Source: Callorhinchus milii (Eukaryota). Taken from it: a stretch of DNA of 64,000 nt. The position numbers and the translations under genes are program-made. Below the pieces are notes generated by a model. That model was not told where the DNA came from. It worked only from the letters and a program-made list of their open reading frames with translations, and did not search any database. The stretch lies in NCBI RefSeq assembly GCF_018977255.1, contig NW_024704770.1, forward strand, positions 3,038,001 through 3,102,000, given 5' to 3'. Shown here piece by piece: positions 38,272 through 57,054 of the stretch; position 1 is the first letter of the stretch; each line of letters begins with the position of its first letter.

Positions 38272-41074
38272 TGCTGTACGTGTGCTGTTGATGACCCATT
38301 AGCCAGTGAGAGGCAGGCCCTCAGCTCATCCATCATCAATCTCCCACAGCAAACACCGTGGCCTGACATTTAGCAACAAAAGCAACAGAACAAGAGGCAG
38401 TAATCAGCACAGATTAAGGGATAGTGTCAGCACTTTTTAGCCCTTTCCATCCTTAACATTTCACAGACAATACGACATGGCGTTTACACAGCGACTGTCA
38501 GGTCAGGAGGAAGTCCCAAGGCACTGGACACTCAGGGATCTGGGGGAAGTTGTGGTGGTGGGGTGCGGTGGGGGGGAAGGGTGTTGGGATCAGGGAGGGT
38601 GGAGGGCAGGGAGCACCTATAGCATGACGTTGAGATGTTTCTAGACGCTCCCCAGGTTATGGTGTTAAGTGGAATGACTGGGTATTTTTGTGGGCGAAAC
38701 GGATTCTGGTGGAGGGAGCCCGAGCACGTCAGCATTTGCACTAATATCCGTCCGACCGGTTCCCCCCCCCACCCCCCAGGAGTGAGTCAGCGTATCTGAC
38801 AGGTGTGGCGGGGCCCCAGATCGGTTCACACCTGTACACAGGGACACAGGCACCTGCTGTTTTGTGTCTCTCCCTGAAGTTTCCACTGAGAGCACCTGTT
38901 ACAGTTGCAGCCTCAGCATTCTGTGAGCACAAAGAAATCAGTGATCAGGATCTCGTTCAGTGACTGACAACCTTGTCCACAGCTCAGCCTCAGGCAGGAG
39001 GGGAATGTCCGGTCTCTCCCCCCCACCGGAACAAACTGCCCGCGACTGTCATTATCCATCAAACATGAGAGGTTTGCAGATTATGGGCTTCGCAACAGCA
39101 ACACATTACATTTACACAGCGCCAGACTTTCACGTCGGGAGGACAGCCCAAGGCGCTGGACAGTCGGGGATTCGGACCTGAGCTGAGGGTTGGGATCAGG
39201 GGGGGGGATGGAGGCAGGGAGTGTACGTGGGGAGGGTGATGATTGCGCAGTCAAAGAGGAGGGTTTGAAGGAGGCAAGGGAGGGAGCAAGATGAAGGGAC
39301 TGGGGACAGGGTGGGGGCAGAGAGGCTGAAAGCCTGACCACCCATCCAGGTTTTATCACTGTTCACAATGTCTAAGTTCTGTTAAAAGTGCAGCGACCAT
39401 CATGTAAGCAAAACTGTTAATGTATCACACACAGCAATGAAATGACCAACCACCAAATCGTTAGTGTAGGAAGGAGAAATATTGGTAAACTAGTAGAAAA
39501 TAATGCCCGTTCTTCTTTCTCCAGAAGGCAAGGTGCAATCCTTAAACATTCAGCTCGACAAGCAAACTGCAGCTTAGGCTTAAAAGCTTCGTCCAAACCA
39601 CAGCGTCTCCCAACACTGGACTGCGAGAGGTGAGTTTACCCAAGGCATCGATACGGCGCCTCATCGTGTCTTTGAGGCGCCTCAAAGGGCTCCACAGAAC
39701 AGACCGTGAAGTGAACCGACCGGATATTTTGTGGGTGAAACGCGGCAGCCAATTGCGCACAGCAGCGTCCCCACAAACAGTCGTGATTGAGGGATCAATT
39801 TTTTTTTAAGGGGAACTATCATCCCCGGAAAAGTGATCCGCCAATCGACTGCTGGTAAACAGAGGTGTGTGTGTGTGCGGGAGTAAGGAAATTGCCCGTT
39901 TCGCCCTGAACCGGGAGTCAGACTTGCGAGCGGCAGCTTCTATAACACCTGAGCTCCTGAGCCTCGTCTTAATCATGGCTTCTTGTCGAGCCCCGGGATA
40001 GACTGCCACCCAGTGGTACATCACAGTACTGGAGCAGAGGCGACGCCTCGGGGTGGGGTGGGCGAGAGCTTTGCTACACACACACACACCACCTGGAACA
40101 GGGCATTCGGTGAACTTAAAGGGCAGGTATTATCATAACGTTCTATGCATTACCTGCATCGTCCCCCACCCCTCCTCCTCCTCCTCTCTGCTGCCTGTGA
40201 CAGCCAGACTCGTGAGTCATCTGTGAAGCGCTTTTGTGACGTCTCGAGACGTGATAAGGCGCTGTCAAATGCAACTATTATTATTATTACCTGCACTTCA
40301 ACCCGGACCTCTGAGCTCCAATCCTCTCACTCTCCAGCTGCTTCCCTGCACAAAGAGTATAATCCGGGCATTTGATCGACCGAGCCTCATCACATCGTCA
40401 AGTTGTCTCAAAGTGCCTCACGCAATAAACTGCGAAGGGGATTAACAGCATTTTACAGCACTGCAAGTTGTTAATGCTGAGCTACAGGGCTTTCTGTGTC
40501 ATCCACACACACGGCACATCTTAACCTCCCCCTGGCTGCCAGGACAAATGTTCTGAACTGGCTTCATATTCCACCCCCCCAACCTGTGGATTGACAGCAC
40601 ATTCAATTGACAGCCTTGCCCCCTCCCCACCTTCAAGACCCATCTCATGACCCACCTCTTCGACCGGGCCTTCAGTCACCCTCCTGCCCCCAAACACAGC
40701 TCGAGTGCAAGTCTCAGCACCTTGGGACGTCCTCCTGACGTGAAAAGCAGGCGCCGTGTAAACATCATTTGTTGTTGTTGGGCACCTCTCGCTCTCCATA
40801 ATCCTACAACCTCTAAACTCTACCCCGATTGTCTGCCCCTCGTCATTCCCTCCATCACCCCCCAGCCTGGACTTCAGCCAGGAGTCTCTGCCATCCCTTA
40901 AGGGAATCATTCAGCGATCCCTCTGCACAACTTCCATCACCCCACCCACTTCCCCCAACACCCCACGCTGCCCCAAAGCTCGCGGCAGGTGATTTTACCG
41001 TCTACCGGCTGTAGCAACGTTTCCTCTGAAGAAATGAGTCACCCTGAAACACACTGGCCAGTGAACAGCTTCTC

Positions 41075-41080
41075 TTTATT
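41075..41080 (-). promoter_or_regulatory. Polyadenylation signal of beta-tubulin
   Basis: AATAAA on -, ~180 nt past the stop. Confidence 0.6.
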
Positions 41081-41259
41081 TGGCAAGGAATAAAGTACAA
41101 GTTGGCGCAGTCACCTCCCAAATCAACACGACTTTTGAGGACAGCAGGAGACAGAAAAAGGACAGACTCCAAAAGTGGGGGCGGGGGGGGTGGGGGGGAA
41201 AAGAAAAAAAAAGAGAAAAACTAGACTGAGGAAGAGGAAGGAACGAACGAAAGGACTTT

Positions 41260-47422
<6,163 letters not shown>

Positions 47423-47604
47423 TTTTTTTTTTTTGGCACTGATTTCTCTTTCTTTTCACTTAAAAAAATGAATGAGTTCTTTTTCGCTTTGTTTCTGCGT
47501 CTGTCTCGGTGTGTGGGTGTGTGTCTGAGCTGCTGCTGCTCCTCAGCTCCGGACCCTGTACCCCGCGTTGGCTCTCAATGCGGATGATGCCGCGGCGCTG
47601 TGCG

Positions 47605-47680
47605 TTTATATAGACAGCGGGGCGGACCCGATAGGGCCAAGCCTCCCAGCCCGCGCCTGCGCCTGTCGCTCGTCACGTGC
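47605..47680 (-). promoter_or_regulatory. Beta-tubulin core promoter: TATA box, GC box and CACGTG within a CpG-rich stretch
   Basis: TATATAAA at 47605-47612 on -, GGGGCGG near 47619, CACGTG near 47674. Confidence 0.65.
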
Positions 47681-48639
47681 GGGGGGGTGGGTGGGGCGAG
47701 CGCTTGCGCACTGCGGCGTCTGTGACCGAGGCGCGGCTGCCATGTTTGATGCTGGCAAAGCGAAACACAAAAGATCCTGGCAGCTGGCAGCCCACAGCTG
47801 ACTGTGCAGCACAAGAGAGAGAGAGAGGTGGGGGTGGGGGTGGGATTGTGGTGTGGTGGGGGGGGGAGAAAGCAACTGAGTTCACGTTCTGTTCTGATAT
47901 GCTGTGCTTTTGCTGTAAGAAGCACTGTCTGTGTCAGGCTAATCAAGGGCTGCGGACGGGGCGATAAACCCTGTCCCCGAATAGTAATATCCCACCCCTT
48001 CCCCAAGACGGCAGAAGCTCCTGTCCCCGCCTGCGTCGCGCTCCCTATCGCAGAACGGATCGATTTCAAGCTCCCCTCTCGCTCTGTGGGTGGGATGCAC
48101 GCCCTCACTCTTTAACGCCTTCTCGTGTTTCACCGCTCACCGGCTTTGCCACGGCGTTTTTTTTAAAAAAAGAAGCTTTTAAATGTTGCCTGAACATTTG
48201 GCAGGTGACTGTGCGGTCTTTCCCACAGCTAGTAAATTGCTGGTTTCAAGGGCAGTTTTGCCTTTGGATTAAGCCGAGCACTCGGCACTGTGAGACGAGG
48301 AGGGCTGGACGGGGGAAAAGGTTCTTCCCCATCTCTGTAGCAAACAACAGTGCCTCCACTCCTTCCAGCACACCTCCTGTCGACAGGCAATTTACCAGCT
48401 TAAATTGCTGTTAAATCCGTCTTGGACCATCTGCCCTGTGTCTCAGGAATGCAGACACATCCACACACCCTCCCCATTCAGGAGCTACATCAAATAACAA
48501 AGGCTTGGCTGCAGCAGTCCCCACCCCAATCCCTGCAGAGGGAATAAAATTGCTGATCTCGCAGAGGATGAGTTTGGGGGGGGGTCCCTGAGCCCCTCAC
48601 AGCCTGGCTGTAAACAGGAATTCTCGCCTCATCATCATC

Positions 48640-49008
48640 ATAATAATAATAATCCTCGCATTTGACACAGCGCCTCATCACGTCTTCGAGACGTCTCAAA
48701 GCACTTCACAGGTTATACTGTAAAGTGGAGTGACTATATTTTGTGGGCAAAAGGCCAATCGCACACATCAGCGTCCCCACAAACAGTCATGGATTGAGTG
48801 ACCAATTTTTTTTAAAAGGTTTTTTTACCCCCAAAAAAGCGATCCGCCAATCGACTAACAACCGAGTTCCTATTTATTTATAGGTAAACAGAGGCATGTC
48901 CGTGGAGTGAGGAAACTTGCCCAACATTTCACCCCAACCCATCCGGAAATCGAACCCAGCACCCCTGGCTTGCGAGGTGAGTGCTCTAACCACTAAGTTA
49001 CCGGACCC
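48640..49008 (-). mobile_element. tRNA-derived SINE, full length
   Basis: Family match from head to tail. Confidence 0.8.
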
Positions 49009-51050
49009 TCATAGTATCATCTACACTAATAAAAATGTCTATTTATCCGCCAATGACACAATAACCGATTGACTTAGAGACATGATGTATACCTCATCAG
49101 AAAGGTCTTGCATGTGGAAGTGTCATGGGTATTTTTTTTCAGGGATCTCCTGTCGTTGATGAGTTATATTTTGAAAAAATGCTTTAATTAAGCCCCAGAA
49201 TATGAGGCATGATTGGTGTCTGCAACAAAATAGCCGCAGAGGGAAGCACACACCCCTCTAAAGACATACATCTATGCTCGAGGACCTGCCGGATCACACG
49301 GTAAACCCCTTTGGTTAGTGTAGCTTTGACAGGAGTCCTCCCACAGGAGTCCTCCCAGCTGAGTATAGATAAAGATGAGATGTCTGTCTGTGTGTTTGTC
49401 TGGGTGTCAATCTACATTCCATATTGGATTCTTTAGTTGCAAACGCAGCTGTAACGGGTATTTTGCTCTCGTGTAATAATAATAATTATAATAATCCTTG
49501 GATTTGATGTAGCGCCTTATTGTGTCTTCGAGACGTCTCAAAGCGCTTCACAGGATGTACCATCAAGTGGAGTGACTGTGTTTTCCGGGGGAAACCATCT
49601 GAACATGGCCAGGGGTATTCATAGAATTATACAGCACAGGAGGAGGCCATTCGGTCCATCGTGTCCGTGTCGGCTCTTTGAAAAGAGCTATTCAATTCAA
49701 TCCCACTCCCCCGCGCTCTCCCCATAGCCCGGCAAACTTGTCCTGACCAAATAATTAGCCTCCTCTCGCTTAAAACCTGTTATCGAATTGGCTTCCACCA
49801 GCCTTTCAGGCAATGCATTCAGGATCCGAAAACTCGCGGTGTGGAAACATTTCTTCTCACCTCTCCCTCTGTTTCTTTTAACAACTATTTTAAACCGCAT
49901 TGTGACAGATCCAGGCCACAATCAGGCTGCGAGGCTCCAGCCCGGGCATGAGTTAGCACCTTCAGCAAAGCCAGAGAGGATTCGGTGAGAGAAGTGTGCA
50001 GAGCACGAGCAGCCCCCAGTCACTGAACTGCCACCATACCACACGGCACAGTCAATCTCAATCAATGGACGTGGGCAACCACTAGGGGGCAGCGCAAAGT
50101 GGCACAGTGCGTCCTGCCCACCACACCCATGAGCATCTCAGATTGCTGCCAGGTGTAGTGACTGTAAGCTCAGTCGCTTTATACACTTTATACGCAGCAA
50201 GCTCCCACCTACAGCCAAGCTTGGCCAGGACACCAGAAGAAACTCCCTTCTCTGTTCCGAAAGTGTTTGCAGAATATTTAACGTCTGCCTCAACAGAACG
50301 GTTCTCGGTTGAACGCCTGAACCGAAAGGATGGGGTCCCTTACCCTCCCTTAAGCACCCTTCCTGTTGGCCGCATTACAGGCACCTGCTCTAAGGAGAAC
50401 AATCCCGGCTTCTCTTAGTCTCTCCATGTAACTAAAGTCCCTCAACCCTGGTACCATTCTGGCAAATCTCCTCTGCTCCCTCTCCAAGGCCTTGACATCC
50501 TTCCTAAAGTGCGGTGCCCAGAATTAGACACAATACTCCAGCTGAGGCCTAACTAGTGACTCATAAAGGTTTAGCAGAGCTGCCTTGTTTCTGTACTCTA
50601 CGCCTCTGTCTATAAAGCCACAAGGAACAGCTCCATCAACCTGTCCTGCCACCTTCAGAGAGCTGTGTACGTGAACCCCCCCACCCAGGTCCCTCTACTC
50701 CTGAACCCCCTATAAAACTCTACCAAATGCTTCACTTTCTGATTTGATTTCTAGAAACGATCCTAACCTAAGCCCCTAAACAGCACTGCTGAGCCTCAGA
50801 ACGTAGCAGGAAAGGTGGGTCATAAAGCGCATCATAAGATTTTGTCCCTACCTCAGTCTGTTGGGCTCACTATATATAGTCAGACGAGGGCTGATTTGCA
50901 TGTCACAGACTGAACTTCCTATATTCAGAGAACAGCGGAAAGAGTGAATGTGCAGCATCGACTAGAGAGCTGCAATATCGCCCCGAAAGCCGATCGATAA
51001 AGCCCAGCCCTGGAGGGTCCCACTGTGTAATCGCTGGTCATGTAGTAACC

Positions 51051-54000
51051 ATGGGATCCAGGATTAAGTAAGAGAGTCTAACTTGGCTCAAGTAACAACC
51101 CAGAGACATCTATTTCTTCTTTCTGTATCTTTCTGTCTATCTCACTGTCTGTCCCTCTCTTATCTGCCGCTCGTCCACTCTCTCTGCCTCTCTCAATCTC
51201 TCTCTGTCTCTGTCTCTCTCACCTCTCCCTGGCTCTGTATCTCTCGCACGTTTTGTCTGTCTCAATCTCTCTCTCTCTTCTGCCTCTGTCTCTCTCTCAG
51301 TGATCACTGCTCTGTCTCTGCCTGTTTTAGCCTCCGTTTCCGTTGTGACCTGAAACAACTGTAACCAGAATCTGTGATGTAATACGTGGGATTGAAGAGA
51401 AGTGATGTTCCAGTTGACATTGACCTCTGGAGAAGGTGCTCAGCTCATCACTAAACAGAGTGTATTTCAGTGGGTGTCTGTCTGTCTGTGTGTGTAAGTG
51501 TAACTGTGTGTCTGTATGTGAGCGTATCTATGTGTGGGTCTGTGTGTGAGTATATCTGTGTGTCTCTGTGTGAGTGTAACTGTGCCGGTGTGTGTAGGTC
51601 TGTATGTGTCTGTATGTAGATCTGCACAGAAGGTAATCACCATCTGAATGAGACGGGACCTCAGACTGAAAGCTGTCAGTAGTTGGTATTGTAACTGCAG
51701 CCTAGTCTGTTCCTCTCCGACAACGATCACACATAGCACAGGTGTACAGCACAGAGCGTGGCGTTCAGCTCAGGGTGTCTGTGCTGGGGCTCGAACCCCA
51801 TTCATTCCCTGCTCTCTCACTTTCTCTCTCCATCGTGTCTGCTCTGGTGCTCGCTCCCCCACTGGACACCCTGGCCACAAACTTCCTTCCTCTCTCTCCC
51901 TCTCTCTCTCTACTATGGCTGTATCTCACCTCAGGTGTGTTTCAGGCAAAATACTACAGATGCTGGAATCTGAAATAAAAACAGAAGTGGCTGGGAACAC
52001 TCACGCAGCAGGTCAGGAGAGATGGAAAGCGAGTTGACGTTAACTTGCTTTCCATCTCCCCATAGATGCTGCCTGACCACATGCTTCTCTCTCTCTCTCT
52101 CTCTCTCTGCTGTAGGATGTACCTCTCCTCAGGTGTCTTTCACTTCTCCTTCTCCTGGCTCTGTGTCAGACGTTTCTCCAGTCTGTTCCTCTTCTCTGCT
52201 TGTCAGCCCCACGTTGTGTGTTACTGAACCAGCGCAAAGCGAGTCCCGGGTGGGTCAGGTCAGGGCGAAATGTTGGGCAAATTTCCTTATTCCACACACA
52301 CACACACACACACACACAGGCGCCTCTGGTTACCGGCAGTAAGTAGGAACCCGGTTATTAGTCGATTGGCCGATCGCTTTCCTGGGGGGTAATAATCCCT
52401 TCAAAAAATAATAATAAATTGGTCACTCGATCCACGGCTGTTTGTGAGACGCTGCTGTGCACAATTGGCTGCTGCGTTTCGCCCACAAAACACACTCTAC
52501 AGTCTATTCTGTGAAGCGCTTTGAGATGTCTCGAAGACGTGATAAGGCTCTGTATCAAATGCGAGAATTATTATTATTATTATTATTATTATTTCAGGGG
52601 AAGTCCGGGAGGATATTCGAATGGTTTTTCGAGGCTTTGTGTCCGAGATCTTCCAATGCTGGTGAGAGACAAACCACCCTGAGTGGAACTGAGTGATTTG
52701 TTCACGTTCTCCAGTAAAAAAAACATGGCTCGGAACACTCAGCAGATCAGGCAGCATCTATGGAGAGATACATCTCTCTGTCTCTCCGTAGACGCTGCCT
52801 GACCTGCTGAGTGTTTATTTCTTTCAGATTTCCAGCATCTGCAGTGTTTGGCCTTTTGTTTAGTGTTTGTTAATGATCAGCATCGCTCTCCTCAGGCCCC
52901 CACCCCCCCCCCCAAAACCATCACCTCGCCCGTCATATCCCGAGGGCGAAGGTTGGCTCGTGGAGGGAGTGGAGTGGGGGGTGTTACGGGGAGGGAGGGA
53001 GGGAGTGGAGGGGTTACGGGGAGGGAGGGAGGAGGGAGGGAGGGTGGGGGAGAGGCAGTGTGCCCGGCACCTGCAGATTGTACAGTATTTAGCGTCAGGA
53101 GAGACAGGAAGTGTCTACTCGCGAGGCTGACACTAAAAGCTGATTTCCTGTTACGTTTAGTAACTGCTCGACCACAGCAACAGCTTCCCCCCCCACCCCC
53201 CCACAGCACTCCCTCCCTCCCCCCCCCCACTCCTTCCCCCCCCCCAGCACTCCCTCCCACCCACCCACCGCACACCTCTTCCCCTCCGCCCCCGCGGCCC
53301 CCCCCCCCCCCACACACACACACATGCACACCTTTCACCCACCCGCCCGGCCACCCCCCCCATTCCCTCCCGCCTGCCTGTCTGCCCTTACCCGGCAATC
53401 CCCCCAAAACACTGTACAAATGTCATTTGTTGTTGTTGTTGTGGTGGAGGTGTGTGTGGGCGGGCGGAGGGGGTGGGGGGGGTGTGCAAGGTGTGCGCGG
53501 GGTGGGGGGGTGGGGGGGAGATTCTCTCTCTGTACAAAGCCACATCCTGTACTGAGCTCAGTTTGGCTACAGTTCCAGTCACTGTCTCGGTGTCACTATC
53601 ACACCCGGAGCGGCTGAGGGGTGGGGGAGAGGGGTTTGCAGAGAGGGGGTTGGGGAGGGGGAGCGGGTTGGGGAAGGGTGAGGCTGCCCCGGGTCCCGGA
53701 CAGTCACCAGCCTCTCTCTCTCTCTCTCTCAGATCCTCAAATCCTGCGCCAGTTCCCTGAAGATTACAATGAACCGGTAGGAACCATTCACTGCTTTCTG
53801 CTGCACCTGTACCTGTGTGTGTGTGTGTGTGTGTGTGTTTATACATGTGTCTGTATCTGTATACATGTGTGTAAGTGTGTGTGTATACGTGTGTATGTGT
53901 GTGTATACGGATGTATGTATGTGCCTGTTTGTCTGTGGGCGTATACATTGCGCGTGTGTGCGTGTCTGTGTGTGTACATGTATGTGTGTGTATGTATGTG

Positions 54001-57000
54001 TGTGTACATGTGTGTGTGAGAGAGACTCAGTACAGCTCAAAGCTGATGGTGTGATAGCCATGTGGCTCTGTTTCAGGAATCTCTCCAGACTCTGCCCAAG
54101 TTCTGCTTCCCCTTTGATGTGGAACGGTAATAATAACAACAACAACAACAATAATAATAACCACAATAATAATAATAATAAACAGGGAAATCAGGTATTT
54201 ATGGATTGGGAGCGGTGTCCCAACTCCCAGCGAATGGCCGGGAAATGACTGGAAACGGCAACAAAGGCATCTCTCTGGGGCGAGGGGGGAGCAGGGCAGG
54301 TGCTGGCGTGGGGTTAGGGTGTTGCTGGGGGTTGGACTGAGGGGGAGGATTATTGGGGCGGCTGTTTGCAGGTGTTATGTTGGGGCGAGGAGGGCGTGGG
54401 GCGTGGGGGGGGGTGGCAGGTGTCAGATGGCGAGGGCGTGGGGGGGGGATGGCAGGTGTTAGATGGCGAGGGCGTGGGGGGGGTTGGCGAGGGGTTGGGG
54501 GTGTGGGTTGGCGTGAGGGCGGTTGGTGGGGGTGAGGGAATGGGGGGAGTGTTGGTGGTGGGGGGTGGGCGAGGTGATCGGGGAGGGTAGGCTGGGGGGT
54601 TGGGGAGTGTTGGTGGGGGCGAGGGAATGGGGGGGGGTATGTGAGTGGACGGGGGGGGGGTGAAGTTGCCGGTGTAGCTAACGGCCTCACTGCTCAGGGT
54701 GCGAGAGAATACTGTGGTCCAGCAATTCACCTTCGCTCTGACGGACTTGGACGGGATCCAGCGATTTGGCTTCTGTCGTCTGGCCGGCGGCGGCAAGAGC
54801 TGCATCTGTGTCCTCAGGTACCGCATGTGGCATGTCCTTAGTGTGTGCTGACGTGGGCCAGCGTGTGTTTAGCGTGTGCTGACGTGGGCCAGTGTGTGTT
54901 TGGCGTGTGCTGACATAAGCCAACTATGTCTAGCATCTGTTGACGTGGGCCAGCGTGTGTTTGGCGCGTGCTGACGCGGGCCAGCGTGTGTTTGGCGTGT
55001 GCTGACGTGGGCCAGCGTGTGTTTAACGTGGGTCTTTTATAGTTTCCTGCCCTGGTTTGAAGTCTTCTACAAGGTGCTGAACAGCGTGGCTGATTACCTC
55101 GCGAAGGGACAGGTGAGTCGCCAAAGCCAGGCCCTCGCTGACACGCCACACGCAATCGCGCACGCGTGGGTTATTTTCTGTCGTGTGTGTCATGCGTCTC
55201 TCTGTGTGTGTCTCTCTCTCTCTGTAGGAGAGCGATGTGAAGGAGTTCCTGGGGGCTCTGTACACACAGGCACCCGTCCCAGCCGGTTCCACCCTCAACC
55301 TGGGCTTTGTAAGTCACTCCCCGTCCCCTCTCTCTCTCTCTCTCTCTCTCACAGACTGCGTTCACCTACAAAATGACTGAATATTTTGTGGACGAAATTA
55401 TTATTATTATTATTCATTTTATTTTTTTGTATGAAATAATGATGTTGTGGCGATTTCCCATCACCCCCCCCACCCCGCCCGCCCGCCTGCCCCCACCCGC
55501 CCGCCTGCCCCCACCCGCCCGCCCAGCCCCGCCCGGCCGCCCGCCCCCCAGCCCGCCCGCCCCCCCACCTGCCCGCCCGCCCCCGCCCCCCCCCCACCCG
55601 CCCGCCCCCAGCCCATCAGCAAAGCCGGACGGGAATCACAGAGTCAGAGGAAACACCGTAACTTCCTGATGCTTCTTAAAGTGTCCCAGGACGCTATCCC
55701 ACGTGAGGGCGCTATATAAATGCAAGTTGTTGTTGTTGTAAAACCAGCAGCTACAAGTGACCACAAGACGGTCCCTGAGAGAGCAGCGAAGCCCCCCGAC
55801 ACCCGGCACGTCAGGGGTGAGTCGGGAATCACCCGATAACCAGCTCCGGCTTTGCCAGGACTCAGCCTCCTAACCCAGTAACCAGCCCGGCCCCCAACCT
55901 CCTAACCCAGTAACCAGCCCGGCCCCCAACCTCCTAACCCAGTAACCAGCCCGGCCCCCAACCTCCTAACCCAGTAACCAGCCCGGCCCCCAACCTCCTA
56001 ACCCAGTAACCAGCCCGGCCCCCAACCTCCTAACCCAGTAACCAGCCCGGCCCCCAACCTCCTAACCCAGTAACCAGCCCGGCCCCCAACCTCCTAACCC
56101 AGTAACCAGCCCGGCCCCAACCTCCTAACCCAGTAACCAGCCCGGCCCCCAACCTCCTAACCCAGTAACCAGCCCCGTCTTGGGATTGTCTCAGTCTCGG
56201 GCACTAACCCTTCTCTAATGTGCCCACTGCTGGTGTGAAACCCATGGTGCCCGCTGGCTCTCGCTCTTAACAGTGTGGGCGCCAAAACCCCCCACCCCCC
56301 ACCGCCGGGGGCTGCAATCTGAACATCACCCAAAATAGCACATCATTCGCTGTGTGTGTGCGCGGGTGACAGAGACTGAATGTGGGCGTGTGACAGGCGG
56401 TGTGTGTGTGTGACAGAGACTGTGTGTGTGTGAGAAACTATGTGTGTGTGTATGAGACAGGCGGTGTAAGTGAGTGAGTGTGTGAGAGAGTGTGACAGAC
56501 TGTGTGAGAGTGACAGGCGGTGTGAGTGAGTGTGTGTGTGAGAGAGTGTGAGAGACTGTGTGTGTGTGTTTGTGTGAGACAGGCGGCGTGAGTGTGCGTG
56601 AGTGTGACAAGTGGCATGAGTGTGTGTGTGAGAGAGTGAGACTGTGTGAGTGTGTGTGTGACAGGCGGTGTGAGTGTGTGTGTGACAGGCACTGCACTGC
56701 TCACTGTGTTGGTAATTTCCTGTCCGTGTGAAGAACGTCTTTTCTGACTTTTCCAGCTTTCCTACTTTGTTGCCCCGGATACTGGGAGTTTGCCCACCAT
56801 CCCAGAGAACGTGAGTACAGCCCCGAGCCCTGTGTACAGCCCTGTGTAATAATAATAATAATAATAATCCTGTCATTTGACACAGCGTCTTATCACGTCT
56901 TCGAGACATCTCAAAGCGCTTCACAGGAGACACTGTAAAGTGTAGTGACTGTATATTTGTGGGCGAAACGCGGCAGCCATTAATTTCAGGGGTGAGCTGA

Positions 57001-57020
57001 GTGCTGTGACTCTGACCTGC

Positions 57021-57054
<34 letters not shown>

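Noticed and set aside
52848-54690. Long Pro/Gly-rich and Cys/Val-rich ORFs
   Set aside because: Low-complexity G/C and (TG)n intron sequence; the real exons there are short DENN exons
55866-56175. Regular 32-bp repeats resembling a CRISPR array
   Set aside because: Head-to-tail tandem units without spacers, in a vertebrate intron
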